Positions 18,073-31,341 of a stretch of DNA of 64,000 nucleotides are shown here, one piece after another. The first letter of the stretch is position 1; each line of letters starts with the position of its first letter. The stretch is from Octopus vulgaris (taxonomy: Eukaryota): positions 39,804,001 to 39,868,000 of the forward strand of contig OX597836.1 in NCBI GenBank assembly GCA_951406725.2. Direction: 5' to 3'. Under the pieces are notes generated by a model that was not told where the DNA came from, made no database searches, and saw nothing but the letters and a program-made list of their open reading frames with translations. A program made the translations under genes and the position numbers.

Positions 18073-18179
18073 TCCGTTATAAATGTAATTTGCTGACTAG
18101 ATGCAAACACGATACCGAAATATCGCGTGCATGGAGTTTAGCCTATTACATTTGAATATATCTTTCAAATGCCTTTACT

Positions 18180-19335
18180 CCAGAGCTGAATGCCCTAACC
18201 ACTAAACCACAGCCCCTCTACAACTACTACTACTACCACCACCACCACCACCACCACTACTACTACTACTACTACAACTACCACCACCACCACCACCACC
18301 ACTACTACCACCACCACCACCGCTACTACTACTACTACCACCACCACCACCACTACTACCACCACTACTACTACTACTACTACTACAACTACCACTACCA
18401 CCACCACCATCACCAACACCACCGCCACCACCACCACCACCGACAAAAGGACCACTGCTAGCACCACCAATACGACTACCATCGCTATATCTACTCCCAC
18501 CACTACTATTATTATATCCATCGCCACGCCATCACCACCACCACCACCACCACCACCAACACCACCACCACCACCACCACCACCGACAAAAGGACCACTG
18601 CTAGCACCACCAATACGACTACCATCGCTATATCTACTCCCACCACTACTATTATTATATCCATCGCCACACCATCACCACCGCCAACACCACCGGCAAC
18701 ACTGTTGCCCTAATCCACCACAACACTGTTCCACCACCATCGCTACCACCGCCGCCGCCACCACCTATACGACCAAATACAGCCAGTACAAGAACCATCA
18801 TAATGGGTACTACCACCACTGCCATTATCACCATAAGCACCACCGCCGCAAAGACGACGACGACCACCACCACCACCAACATCACTGTTACAAGCGTTAC
18901 TGCGACCAATGACCAACATCACCACCACCACCACCACCACCACCACAGCCGTCGCCACCACCATCGCCGATGCCGCGTGCACCAACACCACAACCACAAC
19001 CACCACCGCACCCGCCACTACCACCACCACCAATAACACCACCATCGAAGTCGCCACCACCACTACCAACACCAAGACAGCCGCCGCCATCACCATCGCC
19101 ACCGCCGCGTCCATCAAAACCACCACCACCACCACCACCACCACCACCACAACAGCCGCCATCACCACCACCACCACCACCACCATCACCACCACCACCA
19201 CCACCACCACCACCACCACCACCACCACCAACACAACAACACCACCACAGCCGCCGCCACCACCATCGCCGCCGCCGCGTCCATCAAAACCACCACCACC
19301 ACCACCACCACCACAGCCGCCATCACCAACACCAC
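18180..19335. repeat. Degenerate (ACC/ACT)n low-complexity block, copy 1 (copy 2 at 21851-22975)
   Basis: Shared interrupting motifs (gacaaaaggaccactgctagc, gccgatgccgcgtgcacc, gcgtccatcaaaacc) occur in the same order in both copies. Confidence 0.9.
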
Positions 19336-19624
19336 CTATATATATATATATAATACAAAATGGGACAAGAACGCAAAACATCCGGACAGTTAGGTGATCA
19401 ACGCTCTTAATATTGTTTCAAATAAAAAACGTTATAGGATATGACGTCAGAGGTAGCCTATAGAAAGAGGAGGGATAAAGTAAAGAAAAACTAAATAAAT
19501 GAGAAGTATATGACTATATGTATATTAAATAAAACCTTATAGACAAGGAAAAAAATATATCTAGTGAATGTGAAATGTAAAAAGAAAATTAATGTTTAAA
19601 TTATATATAATGATAGCAATCACT

Positions 19625-19656
<32 letters not shown>

Positions 19657-20206
19657 TGTATGTATGTATGTATTTACGCATGTATGTATGTATGTATGTA
19701 TATATGTCATTATTCACTTTTCTTTCAAGATTTCTTTCCAATAGAGAAAGAACCGGTTACTAACCTAGATCCAAGGCTCCTTTAGAATTAGAATTTCAAC
19801 ATCAACAACAGGATATTTTGTATGCATGTATATATGTATGTATGTATATGTGCAGATTTGTATATTTTGCTTTACGTATGTATTCTAATGCATAATGTTG
19901 CATATCTAGACATAATCATATATATTCTGATAAACTGAAACCGATAAATTTTTACAGTTCCAGTGATGGATTGGATTTGTAGTCTTCGAATTAGCTTTCT
20001 CCTTTCTGGTTTTGAGAAGCCTAGTCTCTCAAGATTGGTATTTAGGCAGTGTGTTAAATACTCCAGGAGCCAATAATTAGAGGTATAAACCTGATCTTAT
20101 AGTCTGGATAAAGTAACTGGCGATTTCTGAATAACTATTCAGAAATCGGCAGTATTCCCTTTTTCAGCGAACTTCAGCTGTATGTATGTATGCATGTATG
20201 AATAGG

Positions 20207-20237
<31 letters not shown>

Positions 20238-20408
20238 AAACTAATTATATACATGGGTAATTATTTTATTTCGTATATTTTTCACTTGTTTATTGCTATG
20301 GTTTTGTGTTGAGTTTGATCTGAGAACATAATCTTTTGTGGTGAATGGCGATTTGACGTCTATATCTAGCATACATGACTGTCCACTTTTCGTGTTCAGT
20401 CCTTAATT

Positions 20409-20468
<60 letters not shown>

Positions 20469-21000
20469 TATATGATAATAAAAATGATTTGGCATTGATA
20501 GAAGACAAATGACTACACAGATAAACAGTAGAAATACATACAATGAACACAGTCATTCTCTACTCTCATCCGTGGTCAACCAAATATCGTCACAATTTCG
20601 ACACTTACTTTACTATTGTTCGATTTAGCGGTGTCAGCGTCGCAAGCTACCGTAGCCCATTTGAACGGACATGAAATATTAAACTGTTCAGAGAGATACT
20701 CGTTAACAAAGATTGTCCTGCGATTATGGAACAAAAGAAAAAGGCGTTTGCATGAAGAAGTTAGTCTAATGGGAAAGATAATGGTCCTTTCGGACTTAGA
20801 GAAATATATAGAAGTAAATTTTTTAAATATTGGTTTTGAAAGTTGTAGAGTTGGAGCTGGATATCATCACTCCATTAACTACACCAACAATAACAAATAT
20901 TCTAATATTGTCGGTCCGTCCACGACCTACATCACCAATATTTCAACTATCATCATCTTTATCACTATTACCATCACTGCCATCATCACCATCGCATCGC

Positions 21001-21375
21001 GGAGGCGCAATGGCCCAATGGTTAGGGCAGCAGACTCGCGGTCGGAGGATCGCGGTTTCGATTCCCAGACCGGGCGTTGTGTGTGTTTATTGAGTGAAAA
21101 CACCTAAAGTTCCACGAGGTTCCGGCAGGGGATGGTGGCGACCCCTGTTGTACTCTTTAGCTGCAACTTTCTCTCACTCTTTCTTCCTGTTTCTTGTCCC
21201 CGACTTCCTACGCAACCGTTGAGCCTGGATGCGCATTCATCCATCCGTCGATGCTCTCGGTGTCGGGAGTTGACCTGCTTTCTGTTCTGCGGGTCTTACG
21301 AATAGCAAAGGACCACGTTTCGGACTTCTCCTATCTTGCGAGCTCTGGGACGAAGACCGTTCGCTCAACAGCAAC
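21001..21375 (+). mobile_element. SINE family B with tail type ii
   Basis: tRNA-like head ggaggcgcaatggcccaatggttagggcagc...ggtttcgattccc. Tail cccgacttcctacgcaacc...gggacgaagaccgttcgctcaac is shared with 60841-61201. Confidence 0.9.
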
Positions 21376-21588
21376 AGCACCAGCACCACCACCACCAACA
21401 ACAGTAATTATAGTATTATTATCAATCTTTCTTTGACCAGTCTGTCCACGACCTGCACCAACTTATCACAAATATAATCACCAGTATCATCAGTACCATC
21501 ACCACCACCACCACTACCACCACCACTATGAAAATTATGACCACAACCACTACAACTTACTGGCACTTCGTCGGCTACGACGATGACT

Positions 21589-21890
21589 GTTCCAGTTGAT
21601 CCGATCAACGGAACAGCCTGCTCGTGAAATCAATGTGCAAGTGGCTGAATGGCTGAATACTCCACAGACATGCTTACCCTTGACATAGTTCTCGGGGAGA
21701 TTCAGCGTGATACAGAATGTGATAAGGCTGGCCCTTTGAGTTGCGGGTACAACCCATTTCTGCCAATTGCGTGAACTGGAGCAACAGGAAATAAAGTGTC
21801 TTGCTTAAGGACACAACGCGCTGCCAGGAATCGAACTCATGACCTTACGATCCAGAGCTGAATGCCCTAACCACTAAACCACAGGCCCTC
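21589..21890 (-). mobile_element. SINE family D (tRNA head, CORE-like segment, tail iii)
   Basis: Reverse complement gives tggtttagtggttaggg (A box), gagttcgattcc (B box), gtgtccttaagcaagacacttt (CORE-like) and the tail ...gagcaggctgttccgttgatcgg. Copies at 29917-30170, 59700-59940 and 62040-62272. Confidence 0.85.
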
Positions 21891-21920
21891 TACAACTACT
21901 ACTACTACCACCACCACCAA

Positions 21921-21956
<36 letters not shown>

Positions 21957-23100
21957 GACTACTACTACTACAACTACCACCACCGCCACCACCACCACCA
22001 CTACTACCACCACCACCACCACTACTACTACTACTACCACCACCACCACCACCACCACCACCACCACTACTACCACCACCACCACCGCTACTACTACTAC
22101 TACCACCACCACCACAAAAGGACACCGCTACTACCACCAATACTACCACCACTACTACTACTACTACTACTACAACTACCACTACCACCACCACCAACAC
22201 CACCACCACCACCACCACCACCACCACCACCACCACCACCGACAAAAGGACCACTGCTAGCACCACCAATACGACTACCATCGCTATATCTACTCCCACC
22301 ACTACTATTATTATATCCATCGCCACGCCATCACCACCGCCAACACCACCGGCAACACTGTTGCCCTAATCCACCACAACACTGTTCCACCACCATCGCT
22401 ACCACCGCCGCCGCCACCACCTATACGACCAAATACAGCCAGTACAAGAACCATCATAATGGGTACTACCACCACTGCCATTATCACCATAAGCACCACC
22501 GCCGCAAAGACGACGACGACCACCACCACCACCCAACATCACTGTTACAAGCGTTACTGCGACCAATGACCAACATCACCACCACCACCACCACCACAGC
22601 CGTCGCCACCACCATCGCCGATGCCGCGTGCACCAACACCACAACCACAACCACCACCGCACCCGCCACTACCACCACCACCAATAACACCACCATCGAA
22701 GTCGCCACCACCACTACCAACACCACGACAGCCGCCGCCATCACCATCGCCACCGCCGCGTCCATCAAAACCACCACCACCACCACCACCACCACCACCA
22801 CTACAGCCGCCATCACCACCACCACCACCACCACCACCACCACCACCACCACCACCACCACCACCACCACCACCACCTACACCAACACCACCACAGCCGC
22901 CGCCACCACCATCGCCGCCGCCGCGTCCATCAAAACCACCACCACCACCACGGCCGCCATCACCAACACCACCACCACCACCAACCACCAACACCAACAC
23001 CAACACCAACACAGCCGCCGCCGCCGAGTCCATCAACACCAACACCATCACCGCAGGCGCCACCACCACCACCACCACCACCACCATTACTACCAAAACT
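21851..23100. repeat. Degenerate (ACC/ACT)n low-complexity block, copy 2
   Basis: Duplicate of 18180-19335 with different triplet-run lengths. Confidence 0.9.
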
Positions 23101-23940
23101 ATCCCTAAGAAATAAACCAAATTTCACTCGAAACACATGCACTCTAACGAGTAACTGAATAAGCTTTTGATGCAGAAAATATTCCTTACAGAAAATATAA
23201 ACAGAGAGAGAGAGAGAGGCTGAGAGAGAGTGAGAGAGAAAATTATAGAGAGAAAGGAACAAACAGCGTGAGAGAGAGAGAGCGAAAGAGGGTGAGAGGT
23301 GTTAGGAAGAGGGAGGAAATAAGAGAAATATATACAGAATACAGAATTGAATGCAGAGACGAAGCAACAGAGAGACTGAAGTAATAACGGAGGTAGGAGG
23401 GAGAGGAGGGAAGGAGTGCAGAAAGCAGTGAGTGGGGAGTAGTGAAAGGTAGAGAAATAATACAACTTCGCAACATTCCTAAACAAGTCTGTAAGGTTTG
23501 GGTTTAATTATCTGCTTTTCCATTTCTTTGCCGTCGTATCACTGACATTGCCAAATCTAGAAGATGGTCTCTACAGGTAAACGAAGTGGAGTGCAGGATG
23601 GGTGATTAGGATGGTGATGCTGGTGGAGTTCTTGTTCTTGTTCTTGTTGTTCGTGGTGATGGTGATGCCGGTGGATGTTAGAGATATTTGGTACAAGGAG
23701 ATAGTTTTTTTTTAAATATATTTTTATCTTTATTTTTTTTTCTTCCTAGAAGATTCCACATTTAGACTTACCCAGATATTCCAACAGCGCATGTGTAACT
23801 AGCTACTATATGCATACATATATACATATACATACATACATACATACACACACGCACACACACACACACATAAATACATATAGTGTATTAGTGTGCATCC
23901 TAATCGCACAGGTATTGCAAATAGATATACGTACAAAAGG

Positions 23941-24106
<166 letters not shown>

Positions 24107-24128
24107 GTATATATATATATATATATAT

Positions 24129-24174
<46 letters not shown>

Positions 24175-24231
24175 TATACATACGTATATATATACATATA
24201 TATATAAGTATGTTTATATATATATATGTAT

Positions 24232-24307
<76 letters not shown>

Positions 24308-24443
24308 CACATATATATACATATACATATATAACTCTTTCTTGCTTCACTACAAACGGTAAATTACAGAACTTAGTGCATAACACGTGCACTCATACAC
24401 ACATGTAAACATACATATATATATAATTATACAAACACATATA

Positions 24444-24492
<49 letters not shown>

Positions 24493-25066
24493 CTATGTAT
24501 CTATGTACGTGTGTGTGTATATATTTGTGCAATAGATAGTATCTATATCTATCTATCTATCTATATATATATATATATATCTATATCTATCTATCTAACT
24601 ATATATATATATATACATGCATATGCATATATATATGCATATACATATGCATGTGTATATAATATAACTGGGTTCTCTTTTTTGTACATGTGTATATGTA
24701 TAAATACGGTCCAACATGGGTATATGCACATCTGTTAATACCTTAATTCTGATATTCTTTTACTGTATCTTCAAATGCATATATGCGCCTGTGTGTCCAC
24801 GTGTATGTGTGTGCGTGTGTTTGTGTTCATACACTTATGTTTGTGTGCGTATTTCGGCACATTAGATGGTAGAGTAAAGAGAATCAAAACAAAATCCAGA
24901 AACTACATAACCGTTAACAGATACATATACACCTATAATGAGCCACACACTTGCAATGGAAGTGCGTTCCAAAGATGCACTAAGCCAATAACAGCTACCT
25001 TTCGCGTACTATAAATAGTCATCTAACATCAAAAATTTGCATACCATACACACATATATAAATGTA

Positions 25067-25179
<113 letters not shown>

Positions 25180-25191
25180 GTATATGTATAA

Positions 25192-25248
<57 letters not shown>

Positions 25249-25390
25249 TCAATATAGAATAGTGTACATTTAAACACCTTTAACAGGTAATTTTTACACG
25301 CTAGAAGAAGCAGTCAAAACGACGAAAGCCACATTTAAGGCAAATTTTCGAAGGGAATGGAAAATAAAAACTTTTACCTTGTTATTTTTT

Positions 25391-25463
25391 ACGGTTATAC
25401 CTAGGTTTCAGATTATTTTAGCAAATAAAATAATTTGCCAGGCTAATTCTCATCAGTAACCGT
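25391..25463 (-). ncRNA. Type-I hammerhead ribozyme motif
   Basis: ACGGUUA-CUGAUGA-GAAUUA...UAAUCU-GAAA-CCUAGG-UA-UAACCGU: perfect 7-bp stem I, palindromic ACCUAGGU stem III, GUA triplet. The base of stem II is imperfect. Confidence 0.8.
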
Positions 25464-25492
25464 GCCCAAAGAATGAACATATAACATATAAC

Positions 25493-25529
<37 letters not shown>

Positions 25530-25788
25530 CATACGTAAATTAATGGAATGATAAATTAATGGAATGACACGAATTAGATAATCAACTTCATTAGCTTGCA
25601 GTTGTTTCTGCCATAAGAAAGTTTGCATTCAGAGGTGAGTGCAGGTGTATCCCTTTATAGCTTCCTCGGATCATTTCATACGCTATGGTCGCTCTCGGGT
25701 GACCACTCATTGTACAATACCTTAATGTTTATAGACATACATATATATTTGTGTTACAATAGACAAATAGACAGACAGACAGACAGAC

Positions 25789-25867
<79 letters not shown>

Positions 25868-25868
<1 letters not shown>

Positions 25869-26140
25869 CGTGTTAGGTAAGTTCTCCGTCATCAATTCAC
25901 CGCAAGGAAAGTTCACCGCCATCGATTTACCGGCTTTTTTTTAATCTCAATAGAATAGTGTTTTACTATTAATGTGAGTTACTATGGATATATTTTCTCT
26001 GTAAACTTTCCTCACGGTGAACCTCATTCGCTGTGAATTGATGGGGATGAACTTTGCCCGCGGTGAATTTTCCATGCGGGGAATTAATGGCAGTTAACTT
26101 CCCCTGCGGTGAACTGACGACGGTGAACTTACATGTAACC
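25868..26140. mobile_element. MITE-like element with ~15-bp subterminal repeats
   Basis: Ends taagttctccgtc / gacggtgaactta are inverted. (a/g)ttcaccg units on the left face about eight cggtgaa(c/t)t-like units on the right. Confidence 0.6.
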
Positions 26141-26364
26141 AGATAGCAATACTCTTTTACTCTTTTACTTGTTTCAGTCATTTGACTGCGGCCATGCTGG
26201 AGCACCGCCTTTAGTCGAGCAAATCGACGCCCCATGACTTATTTTTTGTAACCCTAGTACTTATTCTATCAGTCTCTTTTGCCGAACCGCTAAGTGACGG
26301 GGACGTAAACACACCACCATCGGTTGTCAAGCGATGTTGGGGGGACAAACACACACACACACAC

Positions 26365-26423
<59 letters not shown>

Positions 26424-26774
26424 CATATATACGACGGGCTTCTTTCAGGTTCCGTCTACCAAATCCACTCACAAGGCTTTGGTCGGCCCGAGGCTATAGT
26501 AGAAGACACTTGCCCAAGGTGCCACGCAGTGAGACCGAACCTGGAACCATGTGGTTCGTAAGCAAACTACTTACCACACAGCCACTCCTACGCCTAGATG
26601 ATGAATTTTATTTTCCTTTCATTACTCCCATTTCAACAATACATGTTGCTGACACAATATGTGTATAATTCATTTCGAGAGTATTAAAACAAATTACAAG
26701 TGTTCTTATGCTTATCTAGTCTAACAAAGGTCAGAACGCCTATCACATAATCATTGGACGCGGTGGACTGGCCG

Positions 26775-27535
26775 AATCTACAATGTGCTTCCATTTATCT
26801 GGTAGACTTGCAAGACCCCTCTTCTAAAATTCACTTGTCCGTGATGAAAAATACCACTCCAGTACTGTTCAGACCTTGTCTACAGAATTCATATTCTTTC
26901 CGTCCTAATGATTTTGAAGACTATGGAATAAATGATAATCAGATGGGTCAATGTCAGTCGAATATCGTGGGCGGGGCATCGTTTCCCATTCAAATTGCTC
27001 TAGTCTTATGCGGCCAAGCGTTAACCTGATGGAAGAATACCTTTCATCTTGAGAGAATCACTGATAAGAGCGAAAGAAGCTTGAGAGGCGGTTGGATGGA
27101 ACCTACACTCGCCTCCTTATGAGAGCTCAAAATCTCTCGTGGAAGCGCCATCCAACCAAAATGCAAATATATGGGAAACTATCACCTGTGTCATCTCTTG
27201 TGAAAGGTAGGATAGTCCAGTTTGCTGGACATTGTTGTAGAGCTGAAAACGAGGCAATTTCTGCTCTTCTCCTCTGGAAGCCATTTACTCGCAATACCAG
27301 TCTCCTTCCCTGATGTAATCTCCAGGGATACAGGCATCCAACAACAGGACCTCCGTAATGCTATGATGGACCGTGAAGTCTGGCGTAGCATAGTAAATTC
27401 CATTGTCTCGACCACGGTCGAACAATGATGGTGATGATTCATCTTGAAACCAAAGATAGTCGTTTTTCTTCTAGCGCTGACTTATGCCGCTCAAGCTGCT
27501 CGCGATAGATCTCCTTTGTTATCGTTTGGTTTGAC
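26775..27535 (-). pseudogene. mariner transposase C-terminal remnant, split by an RTE insertion
   Basis: NQTITKEIYREQLERHKSALEEKRLSLVSR | KVFFHQVNAWPH...WETMPRPRYSTDIDPSDYHLFHSLQNH...KRGLASLPDKWKHIVD. This is a degenerate 'HDNARPH' and 'YSPDLAPSDYHLF' pattern. Confidence 0.9.
27053..27437 (+). mobile_element. 5'-truncated RTE-clade LINE with 10-bp target-site duplication
   Basis: LDGTYTRLLMRAQNLSWKRH...QFAGHCCRAENE...LLLWKP / PDVISRDTG...AMMDREVWRSIV, then a (TGA)n-like tail. TSD ttcatcttga at 27043-27052 and 27438-27447. Confidence 0.9.
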
Positions 27536-29383
27536 GATGGCGATGATGATGATGATGATTATGATGATGATGATGATGATGATGATATGATGATGATGAT
27601 GATAACGACAATGACCAGATATGTATATATAAAGCTTTTCATTCCTGTTACACTAATAATAGAAAAAAAAAACCGCAATCAAGTGTAAGCACGGAAAAAA
27701 AATGGTGGAGGTAAATATGTTGGTTATTGTATTTCTTTTTAAAGGCGGCGAGCTGGCAGAAACGTTAGCACGTCGGGCGAAATGCGTAGCCGTATTTCGC
27801 CTTCCGTTACGTTCTGAGTTCAAATTCCGCCGAGGTCGACTTTGCCTTTCATCCTTTCGGGGTCGATTAAATAAGTACCAGTTACGCACTGGGGTCGATG
27901 TAATCGACTTAATACCTATGTCTGTCCTTGTTTGTCCCCTCTGTGTTTAGCCCCTTGTGGGTAGTATTTCGTCTACTGTTACGTTCTGAGTTCAAATTCC
28001 GCCGATGTCAACTTTGCCTTTCATCCTTTCGGGGTCGATAAATTAAGTACCAGTTACGCACTGGGGTCGATATAATCGACTTAATCCGTTCATCTGTCCT
28101 TGTTTGTCCTCTCTGTTTTTGCCCCTTGTGGGTACGAAAAAAGATAGGTGATTGTATTTCTTTTTAGAAAGGAAAAAAAAACAGAAGCCATACTATAGAA
28201 AAAATTTTGAGGACAAAAAATATAATTGCTAGTGAAACTTATTGCTCATTAAATAAAGTATTATGAAGCGTATCAACTAATAACAGGTAGCGTTTGAAAT
28301 TTAACTTCCTTAAAAGGTATCAATATAAGCGCAGTTACCAAGTGTGCTGTCAATAGTTTTAGAGTAGAACGCACGGAGATAATAGATCATAAAGTTGATA
28401 TGTAATAAGAAAGCTATTAGTGGTTAAATTTTGTGGAATATCGTAAAATAATATAAATTTGTTACGAACGAGAATGTAAAAACAAACATGATATTACATG
28501 AAATAATGTAATTGAACAGTTTTTGGTGCAACATACATTCTATACATACATACATACATACACATACATTCATACATACATACACACATACATTCATACA
28601 TACATACATACACATACATGCATACATACATACATACATACATTCATTCATACATACATACATACATACATTCATACATACATACATACATGCATGCCGG
28701 GTAATGATAGGTTAATGAAAATACTATAGTAGATCATGCTTATACATACATACATACATACATACATACATACATTCATACATACATACATACACACATA
28801 CATTCATACATACATACACACATACATTCATACATACATACATACACACATACATTCATACATACATACATACATACATTCATTCATACATACATACATA
28901 CATACATTCATACATACATATATACATGCATACATACATGCATACATATAGACATACATACATACATACGCACATACATACATACATACATACATACATA
29001 CATTCATACATAAATGCATACATACATACATGCATACATACATACATACATACATGCATACATACATACATTCATACATACATTCATACATACATACATA
29101 CATACATACATTCATACATACATATATGCATACATACATACATGCATACATACATACATACATTTACAATACATACATACATACATACATTCATACATAA
29201 ATACATACATGCATACAATCATACATACATACACACATACATACATACATTCATACACACACACATACATACATACATGCATACATACATACACACATAC
29301 ATACATACATTCTGACATAAATATTCATACATGTGCACAAAACAAACAGATGTATTAGTATAACGCTCACGAATAGAAAAAGT

Positions 29384-29419
29384 CTTTTACGTTTCGAGCC
29401 TACGCTCTTCTACAGAAAG
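29384..29419 (-). ncRNA. Minimal hammerhead-like motif, CUGUAGA core variant
   Basis: CUUU-CUGUAGA-A-GAGC-GUAG-GCUC-GAAA-CG-UA-AAAG. Same family at 39719-39754(+) and 46296-46331(-), degenerate at about 43600-43640(-). Confidence 0.6.
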
Positions 29420-29610
29420 GTATACAGAAAAAATAAGTATGCACGTTATATGACAAGGTTTTCCGTCGTTAACGATCTATCAAGGAGAGAAAAAATATGT
29501 GTGTAGTGGCTAATCCAAACATGAAAACACAAAGAGAAAACACATCAACGCGAGGGCGCGGAACAAGTATATGGTTATTGGACGCTCAGGAGAGGAAAGA
29601 AAGAAGATGG

Positions 29611-29645
29611 GTTTAACGTTTCGAGTGGAGCTCTTCGTCAGAAAC
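29611..29645 (-). ncRNA. Minimal type-I hammerhead ribozyme motif
   Basis: GUUU-CUGACGA-A-GAG-CUCCA-CUC-GAAA-CG-UU-AAAC. Loop-less palindromic stem III (ACGU), as in PLE-associated minimal hammerheads. Confidence 0.75.
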
Positions 29646-29721
29646 ATAGAAAAAAGAAAGATCCAAGGAAGGGAAGAAGGAGAAAGAAAATCGCCAACGA
29701 TACACACGCGGTCACATATTG

Positions 29722-29769
<48 letters not shown>

Positions 29770-29844
29770 ATTATTATTATATGTATGTATGTATGTATAT
29801 ATGTATACATGTATACATGTGCGTGTGTTTCTCTCTTTCTAGAT

Positions 29845-29880
<36 letters not shown>

Positions 29881-30340
29881 TGAAATGGATAAATGAATTA
29901 TCTTGTTAACGACGACTGGTGTTCCATTTGAGGCAATCGACCGAACAGCATGTCCGTGATGTTAACGTGCGAGTGGTTGAGTACTTCACAGACATAGAAT
30001 GTGACAAAGCCGGCCCCCTGAATTACAGGCGCAACTCATTTTTGTCAGCTGAGAGAACTGGAGCAAGGGAAAATAAAGTGTCTTGCTCAAGGATACAAAG
30101 TGACGCCGGGAGTCGAATTAAAGATCGTGCGATCGTGATCCGAACGCCCTACCACGAAGCCACACACCTACACACACACACAAGCACTCACACATGCACG
30201 TACACATAAACACACGCACACACACCTGCATACCCTCACAAACACATACACGCACGCACACGCATACACACATACATATTTACACACATTTTCCGATAAG
30301 TATATACAGACATATATATGATATATAACATATAATCTAT

Positions 30341-30403
<63 letters not shown>

Positions 30404-30423
30404 TACATAACGCTCTCACACAT

Positions 30424-30459
<36 letters not shown>

Positions 30460-30484
30460 ATACATAACGCACTCACATATATAT

Positions 30485-30527
<43 letters not shown>

Positions 30528-30734
30528 TGAAATGGATAAATGAATTATCTTGTTACGGATTATTCAAAATTTAACCGATACCTGTGTAGCAAAAATCACA
30601 CCAGAAAAGACACGGTTGAGGTTACGACCATGGGGTTTCGCCCCCGTGCTTTAGCGCGGATAATTGAAGTTTTATATATTTAGTGAAGGGAAGAAATGGT
30701 GCCGAACGAAGATTCTACAAAATTCCTTTTTATT

Positions 30735-30820
30735 ATTTTCTACACATGTTTCAAAGGCTGCAAATTCCCAAATTCGGATTGAATCAGGAGACCATTCTGC
30801 AGCTTTCTCTTCAGGAAAAT
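30735..30820 (-). ncRNA. Type-I hammerhead ribozyme motif (long stem II)
   Basis: AUUUUC-CUGAAGA-GAAAGCUGCAGA...UUUGCAGCCUUU-GAAA-CAUGUG-UA-GAAAAU. Confidence 0.8.
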
Positions 30821-31231
30821 CCAGGAATTTAAAATCTCAAAACAAATGCGCAGCAAGCTTTTCGAACAAAACGTCTCTCAATTCCTAGAGTGGGGAGCCC
30901 GTTGAATAAACTAGGTCAAAAAAATGGCACAAAACTGTCTCTCAATATGCGCTGATGTCAGAGTGGGTGAAGGCCGACGTAAAAAATGGTCGTTGGAATA
31001 AACCTAGGTCAAACCACGGTCAAATCAGGTAGGGGAAGAATCACAGAAAACCAAAGAGTGTGAATATATTATATATATATTCAACTCACAAAAGTTTTAG
31101 GACATCAAAAATCAAATGCTAAGGTTATTGGGGTGGCGTCATTCGAAGATTTGGCTAAAACAATGCGAACGCATTGTGACCAGTGATGTGTAACAACATC
31201 TGATGGTCTGGTCGGTCACGTGATCGAATTC

Positions 31232-31276
<45 letters not shown>

Positions 31277-31294
31277 TACATAACGCACTCACAC

Positions 31295-31341
<47 letters not shown>

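Noticed and set aside
21001-21075. tRNA-like sequences at SINE heads (also 36390-36460, 47589, 48280-48350, 61130-61201)
   Set aside because: They have A and B boxes but no proper acceptor stem, and they continue into SINE bodies.
20616-21107. 163-aa ORF with a non-repetitive first third
   Set aside because: It has a non-ATG start, runs into low-complexity sequence and a SINE head, and shows no recognisable domain. A small exon at about 20629-20812 cannot be excluded.
18195-23120. Thr-, Pro-, Gly- or Val-rich 'mucin/extensin-like' ORFs
   Set aside because: They come from degenerate (ACC)n tracts open in most frames. The two copies differ by frameshifting indels and there are no convincing splice sites.
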